DNA from: Eledone cirrhosa
Taxonomy: Eukaryota
DNA: 64,000 nt
NCBI GenBank assembly: GCA_964016885.1
Contig: OZ024741.1
Location: 355,198,001-355,262,000, forward strand
Reading direction: 5' to 3'
Of the stretch, positions 13,967 through 25,214 are shown one piece after another. The notes beneath the pieces are model-generated. The model saw only the letters and a list, made by a program, of their open reading frames with translations, did no database searches and was not told the origin of the DNA. A program made the position numbers and the translations under genes. How positions within the stretch are numbered: the stretch's first letter is position 1; the number at the start of each line of letters is the position of its first letter.

Positions 13967-14940
13967 ATATACACTTCTTTAATTAACTGTTAAAGCTTTA
14001 TAGGTAAGATATAAAACATATAACAGATCATCCATGTATAAATGAAACAATACTGTATAATAACATCTGATAAAAATGAGAAGATAAAAAAATATTTAAT
14101 TGCAAAGCTGACATAAATAGAATACATGTTGTACATAAATATTGATTTTTTACATAGGAATACGACCTCAGATGTCAATGGAGGATATAGTCAATTGAAT
14201 CAACCCCAGTATTTTTACATTTGCTTTATATAAAAGTAGGTGGTGAATTGGTAGAGCTGTTAGGGCACTAGATTAAATATGCTCGATGGTATTTTTCTAG
14301 CTCTCTGGGTTCAAATTCTACTGAAGTCAACTTTGCTTTTCATTCTGGAATCGATTATTTCTCTTTTTTTTTTTCTTTCTCTGAAAGTAATCAGCCATGT
14401 TACACCTGAAGAGGGATGGACTCCTACAACCCCATCAGGAGTTAGGGGCCAAGTTCACTTTAGTTCTTATATAAAAGTGGATGGTAACTTGCCAGAGTCG
14501 TTAGGGCATTGGGTTAAATGCTTTGCAGTATTTGCTACATCTCTCTGTACTCTGAGTTCAAATCCCACTGAAATCAATTTTTGAGGTCAATAAAATAAAG
14601 TGCCAATCCAGAATTGTGGATTAGTGGAATTGTTAGAGCATTAGACATTATGCCTTATGATATTTGTTCTAGCTCATTATATTCTGAGTTCAAATTCTGC
14701 ACACTGTCTAACCTACATTTGACCAGTGTGGACAGGTAGGCTTAAAAATTGGCAGAAACATTAGCACATTAGTCAAAATGATTTGTAGCATTTAGTTACA
14801 ACCTTTTACATTCCAAATTCAAATCCTGTTGAGATCAACTTTGTTTTTCATCCTTCCTGGGTTGATAAAATAAAGTACCAATCACATTCTGGAGTCAATA
14901 TAATTGATTTCACCTCAGAAATTGTTGGCCTTGTGCCATT

Positions 14941-15480
14941 ATAATAATAATAATGAAAATTATTGTGTATAGTGCTCATGTGCACTACAACTCATCAAAG
15001 GTGCATGTATAGTACATAGAATAATGTACAAATGTCAGGAAAGTGAACAGGGTATGAGTGAAATGATATACACACGACACACACACATGCGTGTGTGTGT
15101 GTGTGTGTGTGTGTGTATGGATGGGGAATATCAGGTGTAGTGTTGGCAAATTTCAGGAAGCATGGAAGTTTTGAAGGATGTAGTGTCCCGACAGCTAACA
15201 ACTGATGCAGGTAGTTTGTTTCATGCTTCAGCAACTCTGAGTGTGAAAAAATGTTTCTGAAAGTCATGGGAGCTGTGCTGTTTTGTGATTTTGTTAGCAT
15301 GTCCACAGGTGTTAGACACATGGAATTCAAAAAGGTGCTCAGGGTTGTTGTTGGAAAGAGGGTTAATAATTTTGTGGGTGTTTACCAAGTCAACTGCCAG
15401 ACATCGGAGGTTTAATGTATCCATGCCCAGGGAAGCAAGGTGTTCAGAGTACAACAGATGCCTGCTTGGTTGCACGTCTC
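14941..15480 (-). mobile_element. CR1-type LINE 3' end with (ATT)n tail
   Basis: NTCGHANKITKQHSSHDFQKHFFTLRVAEA*NKLPASVVS matches the CR1 ORF2 C-terminal pattern TRGH..K...R..FF..RV...WN.LP. A shorter copy lies at 30853-31062. Confidence 0.85.
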
Positions 15481-16289
15481 TGAACAGTACTCACAGCTGC
15501 TCTACAGTATCATCTGCTCCTTTCAGCTGGCTGGTATTATGTAACCTCCTTTCAGGCATTCCCTGATTCACTCATATCTTGTCCATTCACTCATGTCATG
15601 AGCCCCACACTAAATATTATAGCCAATCCTTCCTGCCCAGAATGTCAACCACCTGGAATTTCATCCCTGTTCTTTCAAGTTGGCAGGGTTTGATTTGAAG
15701 AAAATTTTGCTGTTATTTTTAGCAGGTTGAACAACGACATAGTGTCTATCTGGGTTATTTTTACATTGGCATAATGCTTTAAATTTATAGAAAAGAGTTA
15801 TAGTTAGTTGAATCAAATGGTTAGTTAAATATATGTGTGATAAATTCAAACCCCAGAAGAATAAAATGCAAAACCAACCCTGGCAAGATGTGAATTCAAA
15901 ATGCAGAAAGATAAAGCTAATGCTACTATAGATCATTCAATCCAACACTGTACCTTGTTAAGTATTCCACTATCAGGAGGTGATTATATAATTATAGGCG
16001 TGTATGCTTGGCATGTCTACCAGCATATGAATTTAATGGGTGATACAGATATAGGTTTATAAAAGGACTTGAGTTTCATTGGGTATTTAGAGCAATTTTG
16101 ATCACCATTCAAAGGAATCAAGGAGCAGATGAAAAATTCCCATCAAGTGCTTATTTTTGAAATTCGCTTTTTTCAAATAACCATTGTATATCCAACCACA
16201 CATTGTTTTAAAACATATTTTCTATATATATAAATAAGAAATTCAAAAAAGGTCTAAATTGAGACCAGATGCTTTCTTTTCCTGTCAGC

Positions 16290-16475
16290 CAGGGATTAAT
16301 CATTAAGCAAAATAAACATATGCTTAAGGCCTCAAATGAAGAGGCCCCATCGTTTTCTCCAAGCCAGATTTACAATGGACCATGGTGCAATGCTGCAGTT
16401 AAACCAGAGCCTATAAAAAGGGGACTCTATAATCTTTTCAGTGGTTAGGGCCTATAAAGTCTTAATTCAGCCCTG
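16290..16475. mobile_element. hAT-like MITE (cagggctggattaa TIR family)
   Basis: Begins ggattaatcattaagcaaaataa and ends ttaattcagccctg. Relatives at 21298-21600 and 50130-50192. Confidence 0.55.
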
Positions 16476-16714
16476 TCTTTTTGCATATTGTATATCTCAT
16501 GTAGGTGCAGACACTTAGAGACCTATATAGTTCTTAGAGAATTATATATGTTCTAGTGTGTATTATTAAGAAAACGTAAAAAAAATAAGATCAGTTTGTG
16601 TTGTAAAAGTAGCTGTTTGCAGTTAACAGATGTTTTCCTTAATGTTTATTAAATCTGTAAAATAAATTTCTAGTTCTGATCAATTTTCTTGGTGCTGCTT
16701 ACTTTCTGCAAGCA

Positions 16715-17612
16715 CAAAGTTCTCACGGGACTGGATTGATGTCCTGCCTGTGGTCAACATTGGTGGTCTTTTCAGTCAGAGTGAGCTCCACATCTCCATT
16801 GCACTTCGAGTGGGAGCCATTGTCTGTGGGGGTTTGAAATGTCACTGTGGTAGGTCCCTCAACTCCACAGGCCTCCATGGTTTCTCCTGCCCCCTGGATG
16901 CTGATCAATACACCCACCAAACTGAGCTAAACCTGATCATTAAACAGGCCCTAGTTTGGGTAAATATCCCCTCAGTTCTGGAATCAGCTGGTTTATCCAG
17001 AAGTGATGGGAAGAGACCCTTTGTCCTTGGGTAAGAGGTAGGTGTCTCATCTGGGACGTCACAGTCAGTGACTTTTTTGCTCCCTCCCACATCATGGATG
17101 CTATGGTGAATGTGGGGGTCACTGCTTCTGTTGCCGAATGGAATAAAATTTGGAAATACCTGGATCGATCTAATAATTTTTTTTTTTTGGTCTATGGTGT
17201 TCAAGACATTTGGTGGAGTTGGGTTGCTGACAGCAAGGCTTTTGTCATTACTGGTGGCTCGCCTTACTGAGGTGTCAGGTGATACCTATGAGGGTGCTTT
17301 GTTGTTTCAGCGCCTTAGCTTCACCATCACCTGTGATAATGCTGCGAGTGTATTGGTTTGCTTCAAAATATTCCATTGACCCTTGTGATATGCGACCAAT
17401 TGTCATACTTGGTGGTGAATTGATAGTGGTTTTCGTTTTTGTTTCAGCTTCCCCTTTTTTTTTTCCTTCTTTCTCTCTCTGGTCATATATTTGGTATGTT
17501 GTATTTGTGAGGTTCCTAGCAATAGTTAATTGTATTTGTTACATGTGTTTATATTTATGTTTATCAATGACATTATATTTGTAATGTTATTTATACAACT
17601 GTGAATAAAAAT
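16715..17612 (+). mobile_element. 5'-truncated CRE-clade non-LTR retrotransposon (zinc knuckle, RLE and 3' UTR)
   Basis: DWIDVLP..IALRVGA..KCHCG..LHGFSC..ELNLIIKQAL..LSRSDGKRP..LIWDVTVSD. The 3' end tatacaactgtgaataaaa is shared with the element at 56825-60815. Confidence 0.85.
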
Positions 17613-18203
17613 TTCTAGGATAAAACATTATTTATTTGGTAATTAAAAGCAGTGACTGCTTTATCATCTTAAACAAAATAATACTGAAAGGGTTTGAGAA
17701 GGTTAAGGATGCAAACCTCACATTTGATAGAGAGAGATGAAAGAAATACTTTAGAACTGTGATCCTTTCGTTTTAATATGAAAACAAAAACAAACAAAAA
17801 TTGTAGAAGAGGTTCACTTTTGTAATTATCAAAATAAACAGAATGCATTCCAAGATGTAAAACCTGTTTATAGGTAATATTTTGTTATAAATAGAAAGAG
17901 AGGATTTAACCCTTCTGTGACCATATTTCTAATGAAATACATGCTATTCAATTAATTAATGAAGAATTTTGAGGAATTAACTAAAATTATTAATTTCATT
18001 AATAAGATAGTGACTTAGCATATAATTCTTTTATAAAATTATGTTGTAAGATTTAAATAGAAACGCTTTAAAATAGATGGTTTTGTTTCATAGAATCAGA
18101 CAAGGTTGGTATCAAAAGTGTCAATTTTGATGTAACATTTTACAGACTAACGTAAATAATATAGGTTCTATTTTGAATTTTAATAAGATGCTTGATAAAA
18201 ATT

Positions 18204-18473
18204 TTAATGAGATGCTTGAGACTGAACTTTCACAATAAGTTTGGTAATGTCCAATTTTATGTTAGTTCCAGAAAACCTTCAAATTTGATGTAGATGTTTC
18301 TCAGTAAATCTTTGTCTATGCCTGGATTTCATTAGTTTCATTTTTGAAAATGTTTTCTTACAGATGTAAGTACTCTGAAAGGTTGAAAATATACCAGCAA
18401 CAAACTTCTTTAAGCTTTCTGATACCAAACAGTCTGAAACAGCTCTAGGCACTTCAATACCTGTTTGTTTCAA
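18204..18473 (-). pseudogene. hAT (Charlie/SPIN/GTF2IRD2-like) transposase C-terminal dimerisation-domain remnant
   Basis: IFSTFQSTYICKKTFSKMKLMKSRHRQRFTEKHLHQI*R...KLDITKLIVKVQSQASH* fits the F.STY.CE..FS.M...K...R..LT..HL...Q.SH pattern. Confidence 0.8.
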
Positions 18474-18629
18474 AATGTTTATATTTAAATTTAAATAATG
18501 ATTTTATTTAAGAAAATGTTGTTATGCTCCAAACACCAGCTTAATGATGAAAAAGTTAGTTATATTATTAAATACAAACAAATTCTGGATTATTAGACAT
18601 ATGGTAACAATATATATATTGAAGTGACA

Positions 18630-20720
18630 TCAATCGGTCTTGAAAGACCATGGATCTGCAGCTGGAGAACTGTGTGTCATCTGCTGTGGCTGTACAGGCC
18701 CACACAGAAGTGGCAGTCTTGTATGCAGTGACTGCATTAGAAGATGCTCTCCTCCAGTGCTACTATGTTGTTCTTCCTTCAAGCAAGTTTCAGTTTCTCT
18801 TCCTCTTGCTCCATTCTCTTGTAGAGAATTACAGTCAAAATTACAGTAGCTATTACAGTCACTTCTGTCCCCTTTGTTCATATAGAGGTTGACAATGTTG
18901 CAGTCTCTCATGTCTTGCAGGACTGTTCTCTCTTCCCAGCATTGACACGTTAGTTTCAAGAAGTAGCTAAATATGTAGAACTCCCCTTTCATACCTGATA
19001 TCCTCTGGTATGATGCTATCTGGTTCCGATGCCTTCCCAGTGGGTAAGCCATCAATGGCTCTATTCAGCAATCAGCAACACGTCTAGCTCCTCCATGTCA
19101 GATAGGTGTTCAACAGTGTCTAGCATGTTGTCTGAGATGCTGTTTACCTTGGTGTAGAGTTTGGAGTAATGTTCCACCCATCTCTCCATCTGCTCTCTTT
19201 TGCCTTTGATGGCCTCACCTGTTCTAGATTTGAGTCGAACTGTCTTGCTTTTGGTTAGACCGATGGCTTTCTTGATGCCTTCATACATTCCATGAATCTT
19301 ACCTGTGTCAAATAACAGCTGGATAGTTGTAACCAATAATCATTTGCACAGCATCTAGCGTGTTGTTCCTCACCGTCCTCAATACTTGCGGTGTTGCCCT
19401 GGTGGGTTGGTGTTTGTGCTTCAACAGGGCAATGTGCTTCTTCTCCATGGTCTCATTGAACTCATTCACACTTGCCTCAAATCAGTCCTGTGTTATTCTT
19501 CACTTCTTCCTGTGTTATTCTTCACTTCTTCCTGAAGATCTTCAATGCAGTGCTATATATGGTGTTCCTGAGAGAGTCCCATCTCTACTGAACATTACCT
19601 TCCAGTGACTTGATGAATGCAACTGCTTTGGCAGACTGCTGGTTCACAGTAGCATTGATATGCTGCTTGCCTGGAAGCTTGGTGTAGTGCATCATCTTTG
19701 TTTGAAGTTTGAGAATACAGAAAACCAGGGAATGATCAGTGTCACAGTCAGCGCTCTGAAAGGACTGAGTCAGAAACACGTTTCTCAAGTGATTGTATTT
19801 TGTGAGGATCAGATCAAGCTGGTACCAGTGCCCTGAGCTTTGGCCTGCAAGTAAGTGTTTATGACACATAGTCCATGGAGCATGCAAAGCTCAAGCAGTC
19901 ATTGACTATTGTCATTCATGTTACTGAACCCATACTGACACCCTATCCAGGAGTTGTAGTCAACTCCCACTCTGGGGTTGAAGACGCCAAGAAGCACCAG
20001 TTGTTCTCCATTTGGGATTGCCTGTATTTTCCTTGAGAGCTAATCGTAAAACTCATCTTTGTCATCCTATGTGGAATAGAGAGTTGGGGCATAAGCACTG
20101 ACAAGGTTGTCAGGCCTAACTAAAGAGTGCAATCGGATGAGAGGATCCACTCCAAACTGTTGCTGCTGAGATCCACCCTCTTCAACAGTGAGTTCTCTAG
20201 CTTCATCTATGCCTTTTCCCTGCCAGAAAAAGGTATACTCTCTCTCACAAAGGGTTCCTAAATCTGGGAGCTGTGTTTCCTGGAGTGCTGCAATGTCCAT
20301 AATGGTTCATTGTTGATCATAATGGTTCATTGTTGATCACTGTTATTTTGGGGGTTTCTCTGATCTTCTGAAGATCTGACAGACCAGTAGTGTCATGGTC
20401 CGTATGTTCCAGCATCCAAGTCTGAATGCCTGGTTTCTTACATTGTTTCTTTGTTGTTTTTCTTGGTGTAGTGTTTAGAGACCACGATTCAGGATATTAA
20501 TATCCCTAAGCCCTATGCACCCAGTGAAGCAGGTGGGTTGTGATGGGATAGTACCTAGCTTGCTGGGGACTGTCCAGCTTGAGGTGGGTGGTAGCTGTCC
20601 AGTGAGGCACTCTGGCCTCTCCCTCTGTCAAAAGCAGCCCCTGGAGCCTTGCTGTTACATCAGTCATATGCAGGTTTATAATCAGTAGACTGCTGCTTTC
20701 TGTGTTTTACTGCTGTGGGG
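18630..20720 (-). mobile_element. RTE-BovB/AviRTE-like LINE with 5' UTR and APE endonuclease; RT core internally deleted
   Basis: DIAALQET, LVSAYAPTL, HWYQLDLILT, SADCDTDHSLV, MYEGIKKAIG, ERWVEHYSKLY and KGDRSDCNSY, which is joined directly to the C-terminal CSHC..DC...GLYSH knuckle. Many stops and frameshifts. Confidence 0.88.
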
Positions 20721-20929
20721 AGACAACACCTTAACATATGTATATTTTCTTACATATTGTTTGCTCTATATGTGTACAAAATGCTATGTGTCTCTCAAAA
20801 GATATATGCTTCTTTCTTCTCTATCTCTATATATATCTTTTAAATTTGTATATATATATATTTAATTATGTAATAAACAACATAAGATAATTATTTCATT
20901 TACAATCGGTACAGTATATGAAAGGAATA

Positions 20930-20960
20930 TATATATATATATATGTGTGTGTATGCGCGC

Positions 20961-21033
<73 letters not shown>

Positions 21034-21070
21034 TATATACATACACATATATATATATATATATACATAG
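20930..21070. repeat. Compound (TA)n/(GT)n microsatellite
   Basis: Directly visible. Confidence 0.95.
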
Positions 21071-21810
21071 ATACATCTATACATCTATTTATATATGCAT
21101 TCATGTGTGTATGGCATTAGTGCAGTAGAATATGAGAAATAGTAGCATGCCAATCTAATTAATTAATCATATTTATTATCTAATTAGTCATTCCTACATT
21201 CTGAGTTTAAACCCACTCCACCAATGTTTCATTTCCCTCTAGCATTTATGAAATAAAGCATCAATTATTGTACTGGGTCGATTTCATTGACTGTAGTCAG
21301 GGCTGGATTAACCATTAAGTAAAATAAACACATACTTAGGGCCTTCAAAGGAAGAGGGACACCACTGTTTTATTCAAATTAAATGTATTTGTCATGCAAA
21401 AAATAATCTGTCTTTGCAGACTTTATATATGAAGGTCTGGAGAAAGATGGGCTCCACTTGGGTTGAAAAATCCCCTATAAATAAATGCTGTATATCAATA
21501 CAGCAGCTATACGACTCCCTTAGGAGTTAGAAGACCATGCATGCATCAATGGAGGAGCTTCACAATCTTTTAAGTGCTAAGGGTCTCAAAAGAACTTCAT
21601 CTGTCACTGACTGTAGTATCTCTCTTTCAAATACAATAGGTGTAGTTGTGTGGTTAAGAAGTTTGCTTTGTAGTATATTAGCTTCAGATGCCATTCCACT
21701 CTGAAGCTCCTTGGGCAAGTGTTTCCTACAATTGACTCAGGCTGACCAATCCAATGTGAGAGAATTCCGTAGATGGAAACTATAAAAGAAGCCTGACATA
21801 TACATATATA

Positions 21811-22153
21811 CTGTTGTCCCCTGGTATTCATGGGGGTTGCATTCATAGAGCACCCATGAAGAATGAAAAACTGCAAATATTGGACATGGTCCATAAAAAT
21901 GCCTATAAACATCAAAACATAACATAAAATATAGGCCAGCAAATATGGTATATTGTTATTAATAATTTAGCGTTAAAAAGCGTGAAAAAATATATCTTGC
22001 CACGAAAAAAGCCATAAAAGAATCATGGAAGATATTTACAATTCCATGAATATGCAGTGGTTTCCACAAACAATTATTTGTTAGGTTCTGAGGGAAATTC
22101 CGTGAATAACCGGGACCGCGAATGCTGGGATCGCGAATGCCGGAGTTACACTG
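21811..22153. mobile_element. Tigger/pogo-like MITE
   Basis: TA|ctgttgtcccctggtattc ... gaatgccggagttacactg|TA: imperfect TIRs, TA flanks and subterminal cgcgaat repeats. Confidence 0.65.
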
Positions 22154-23209
22154 TACATGTATGTGTCCGCGTCAATGTACATCCTTTGGTGTGAAAGTGT
22201 GTGGCTTAGTGATTAAGGTGTTTTGCTCATGATCATCTAGTCATGTTTGACTCCCACCGAGGCATTGTGTCCTTGAACAAGATACTCTATTCCACATTGT
22301 TCCAGTCCACTCAGCAAAAATATGTTGAGCGTGTCATTGAAAGGGCTAGTCTTGTCCCAACCTATGACATGCCAAATCTCCCTGACAAATACATTAAGTG
22401 TACACATGTCAGGGGACTGCTCAGCCATTTGCATGTCACTTTCATGTTAATTAATTGAATTAACTTGAACACTCATCTGACGGAGATCCATCACACATGC
22501 ATTGGTGAATGTGTCCCTATATTGCTCAAATATACAGACTCATATATGCCAACATGCCATAAGAGAGACATATACACAGAAGTATACATATACATATAAA
22601 TACAATGTACTCCCCCAAAAATACCAAATTGTACATTCAAAACATGTAATTCTTTTTTTGTTTCTTTTAAAAATGTTTTTGTACCTTTACAAGATGTTGC
22701 TGCCGTATATAGTCGAAGAGGTATGTTTGTAATTATGGCTTGTGAGGAATCTCAAGTGAAGAGAGGTGGATAGATAGATAGATACAGTGTGAGAGAGAGA
22801 GGGGGGGGGGGACTTCAAAGACAACTGCAAAATATTTTTTCCATTATTACACCAAAATTCCTTGGTTGTCTTTTTTTTAGGGATTTACATATTACCTGGG
22901 TTTTTTCAGTTTAGTTCAAAAGGGAAGAGGGAAGAAGATTTGCTGAGGTTGGTTGGTTGGCTGGCTGACTGGCTGGTTGGTTTAGTTTGCAAATGATTGG
23001 GTGACTAGACAACTTTAACTAGTTCCAGCTGTTAACAGAAATCATTTTCAGCATTTAAGGTATATAAATATATGTGTATGTACAAACATACACACACACA
23101 CATGCTAGATAGATATACTTATACATTATGAGCGATTATATATATATATATCCGTATGTGGTTAATGGCTGACAGAAAGGAGTACTCAATACTGAAGTAG
23201 AGTTTTAAC

Positions 23210-23326
23210 ATTCATTTTAATAAGGCTAAATAGTGAGTCTTATTACTCTGGAGTTTCACCTGTTTATCACAGAGTCACGAAACTCCAGAGTAACAAGACT
23301 CACTATTTAGCCTTAATAAAATGAAT
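23210..23326. repeat. Inverted repeat with 48-bp arms (2 mismatches) and a 21-nt spacer
   Basis: 23210-23257 is the reverse complement of 23279-23326. Confidence 0.95.
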
Positions 23327-23494
23327 ATATATGTCAAATATCACTTGTAAGACACTGGTCAACCTAACAGACACTAATCCAAGATAAGTTTTCATGTAGT
23401 GGGATCAAACTTGAAACTACATGGTTGTGAAGGGATCAGTTTGACCACCCAGCCATACCAACTGTATAATTGGCTATATTGTCAGAAAAAATAT

Positions 23495-24692
23495 TTATAA
23501 GAAGCAGGGACTAGAGAGAAAGGGCCTCAAAGTCAACATGACAAAGACTAAGGTCCTTATAAGTAGACGAGAAAACAGAACCCAGATCCCCTCAGGGAAA
23601 TGGCCTTGCTCAGTATGTAGGAAAGGTGTAGGTAGGAACTCCATTCTTTGCCCCAAATGCAAACAATGGGTACACAAGAGATGTAGCGGGATCTCAGGAA
23701 GCTTAATTAAGAATGTAGGATTCACATGCAGCAGCTGTGCTGAAACAGCAAGCAAACAGCCACAGGAAACAAGTACCACCAATCTCTGGGAGGGCCCTGT
23801 AGAAACAGTAGACAGCTTCTGCTACCTAGGTGACCGAATTAGCAACGGAGGTGGGTGCTCAGAAAGTACAATAACTAGGGTAAGAACGGGATGGAAGAAG
23901 TTTAGGGAACTACTACCACTGCTAGCTGCAAAAGGCTTCTCCCTCAGAATGAAAGGCAGACTGTATGATGCGTGTATCCGAACAGCGATGTTGCATGGTA
24001 GTGAGACCTGGGCGCTGAAGGTGGAAGACTTACGTAGATTAGAGAGAAACGAAGCCTGCATGCTCCGATGGATGTGTAACAGTAATATACGTGAACGACA
24101 AAGCATAAATGAATTGAGAGAGAGACTGAGCATAAGAGGAATCAAATGCTGCGTGCAGGAGAGGCGGTTACGCTGGTATGGACATGTGATGCGTATGAAG
24201 GATGACAGCTGCATAAAAAGGTGCAGAGCACTAGAAGTTGATGGAAACCGCGGAGTGGGGAGACCCAAGATGACTTGGGATGAGGTGATAAAAGCCGACC
24301 TTACCCAACTACACCTCTCAAAGTCAATGACACACGACCGTGACTTCTGGCGTCACGCAGTAATACAGGGTACCCGACCTCCCATGGGTACATGCTGAAG
24401 CATATAAACAATATGCCCCCCCCCCCCCACCGCAAGGTGGTCGTGGAGGTGCCACGGCAAAAAAGCACCCAGCCCACACTGTAAAGTGGACGTGTAGGCG
24501 CCACGAAAAAGCACCCAGCACTCACTGTAAATGAGGTTGGTGTTAGGAAGGGCATCCAGCTGTAGAAATCAAGCCAGATCAGTTCCTGTATGAGCAAGGC
24601 ATGGTCAGCCGACCAGACACTGCCCACAACAGGACAACCCGTCTAACCCATGCTAGCGTGGAAGAACGGACGTAAAACGGTGATGATGATGA
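23495..24692 (+). mobile_element. 5'-truncated RTE LINE with an intact 286-aa C-terminal frame, 3' UTR and (gat)n tail
   Basis: GLKVNMTKTKV, Cys-rich CSVC..CPKC..H.RC..CSSC insert, FCYLGD, MLHGSETW, RLRWYGHVMRM, GRPKMTW. Confidence 0.92.
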
Positions 24693-25214
24693 AGACAGTA
24701 AAAATTTTAGTTTTTTTTTTTTTTTAAAGATTTCGCTTAGAAATTACTCCTGTAATAAAAATACTTAAATTCAGTTTCATTGCCACAAAGACTATTAATT
24801 CTCTATTTGAACCAATCCAATCAACAAGGTGTGTGAGTGTGTGTGGATGGGGGGGGGGGGGGGGGGGGGGGGGCACTAGATTACATTGCCCCCATACTCA
24901 CACCTCCACCACCACTACCACCGTACACACACACTTTTCAATGGTGCACACTCAAATTTAGAAAATTTTACTGTGATATACTTATTCCAAAATTTCACTT
25001 TACAATTATTGCAAATTAGAGTGGCCACCCAGAATGTTCTGAAGCCACTTCCCTCAAACACCAAAGCCTGACAATGGGCGTGTATCCATTACTGTTAGTA
25101 CAACACCTGACAGAAGTGTTACTGATTTTCCAATGACAAGAGGCTTTATTTGAACTCAGAACATCCCATTTAATACTGTAACAATTACCCCAATGTACTG
25201 GCCTTGGATTGGTA

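Noticed and set aside
23822-24268. Long antisense ORFs over LINEs (also 25193-25798 and 58858-59229)
   Set aside because: They are shadow frames of RT-encoding sequence on the opposite strand.
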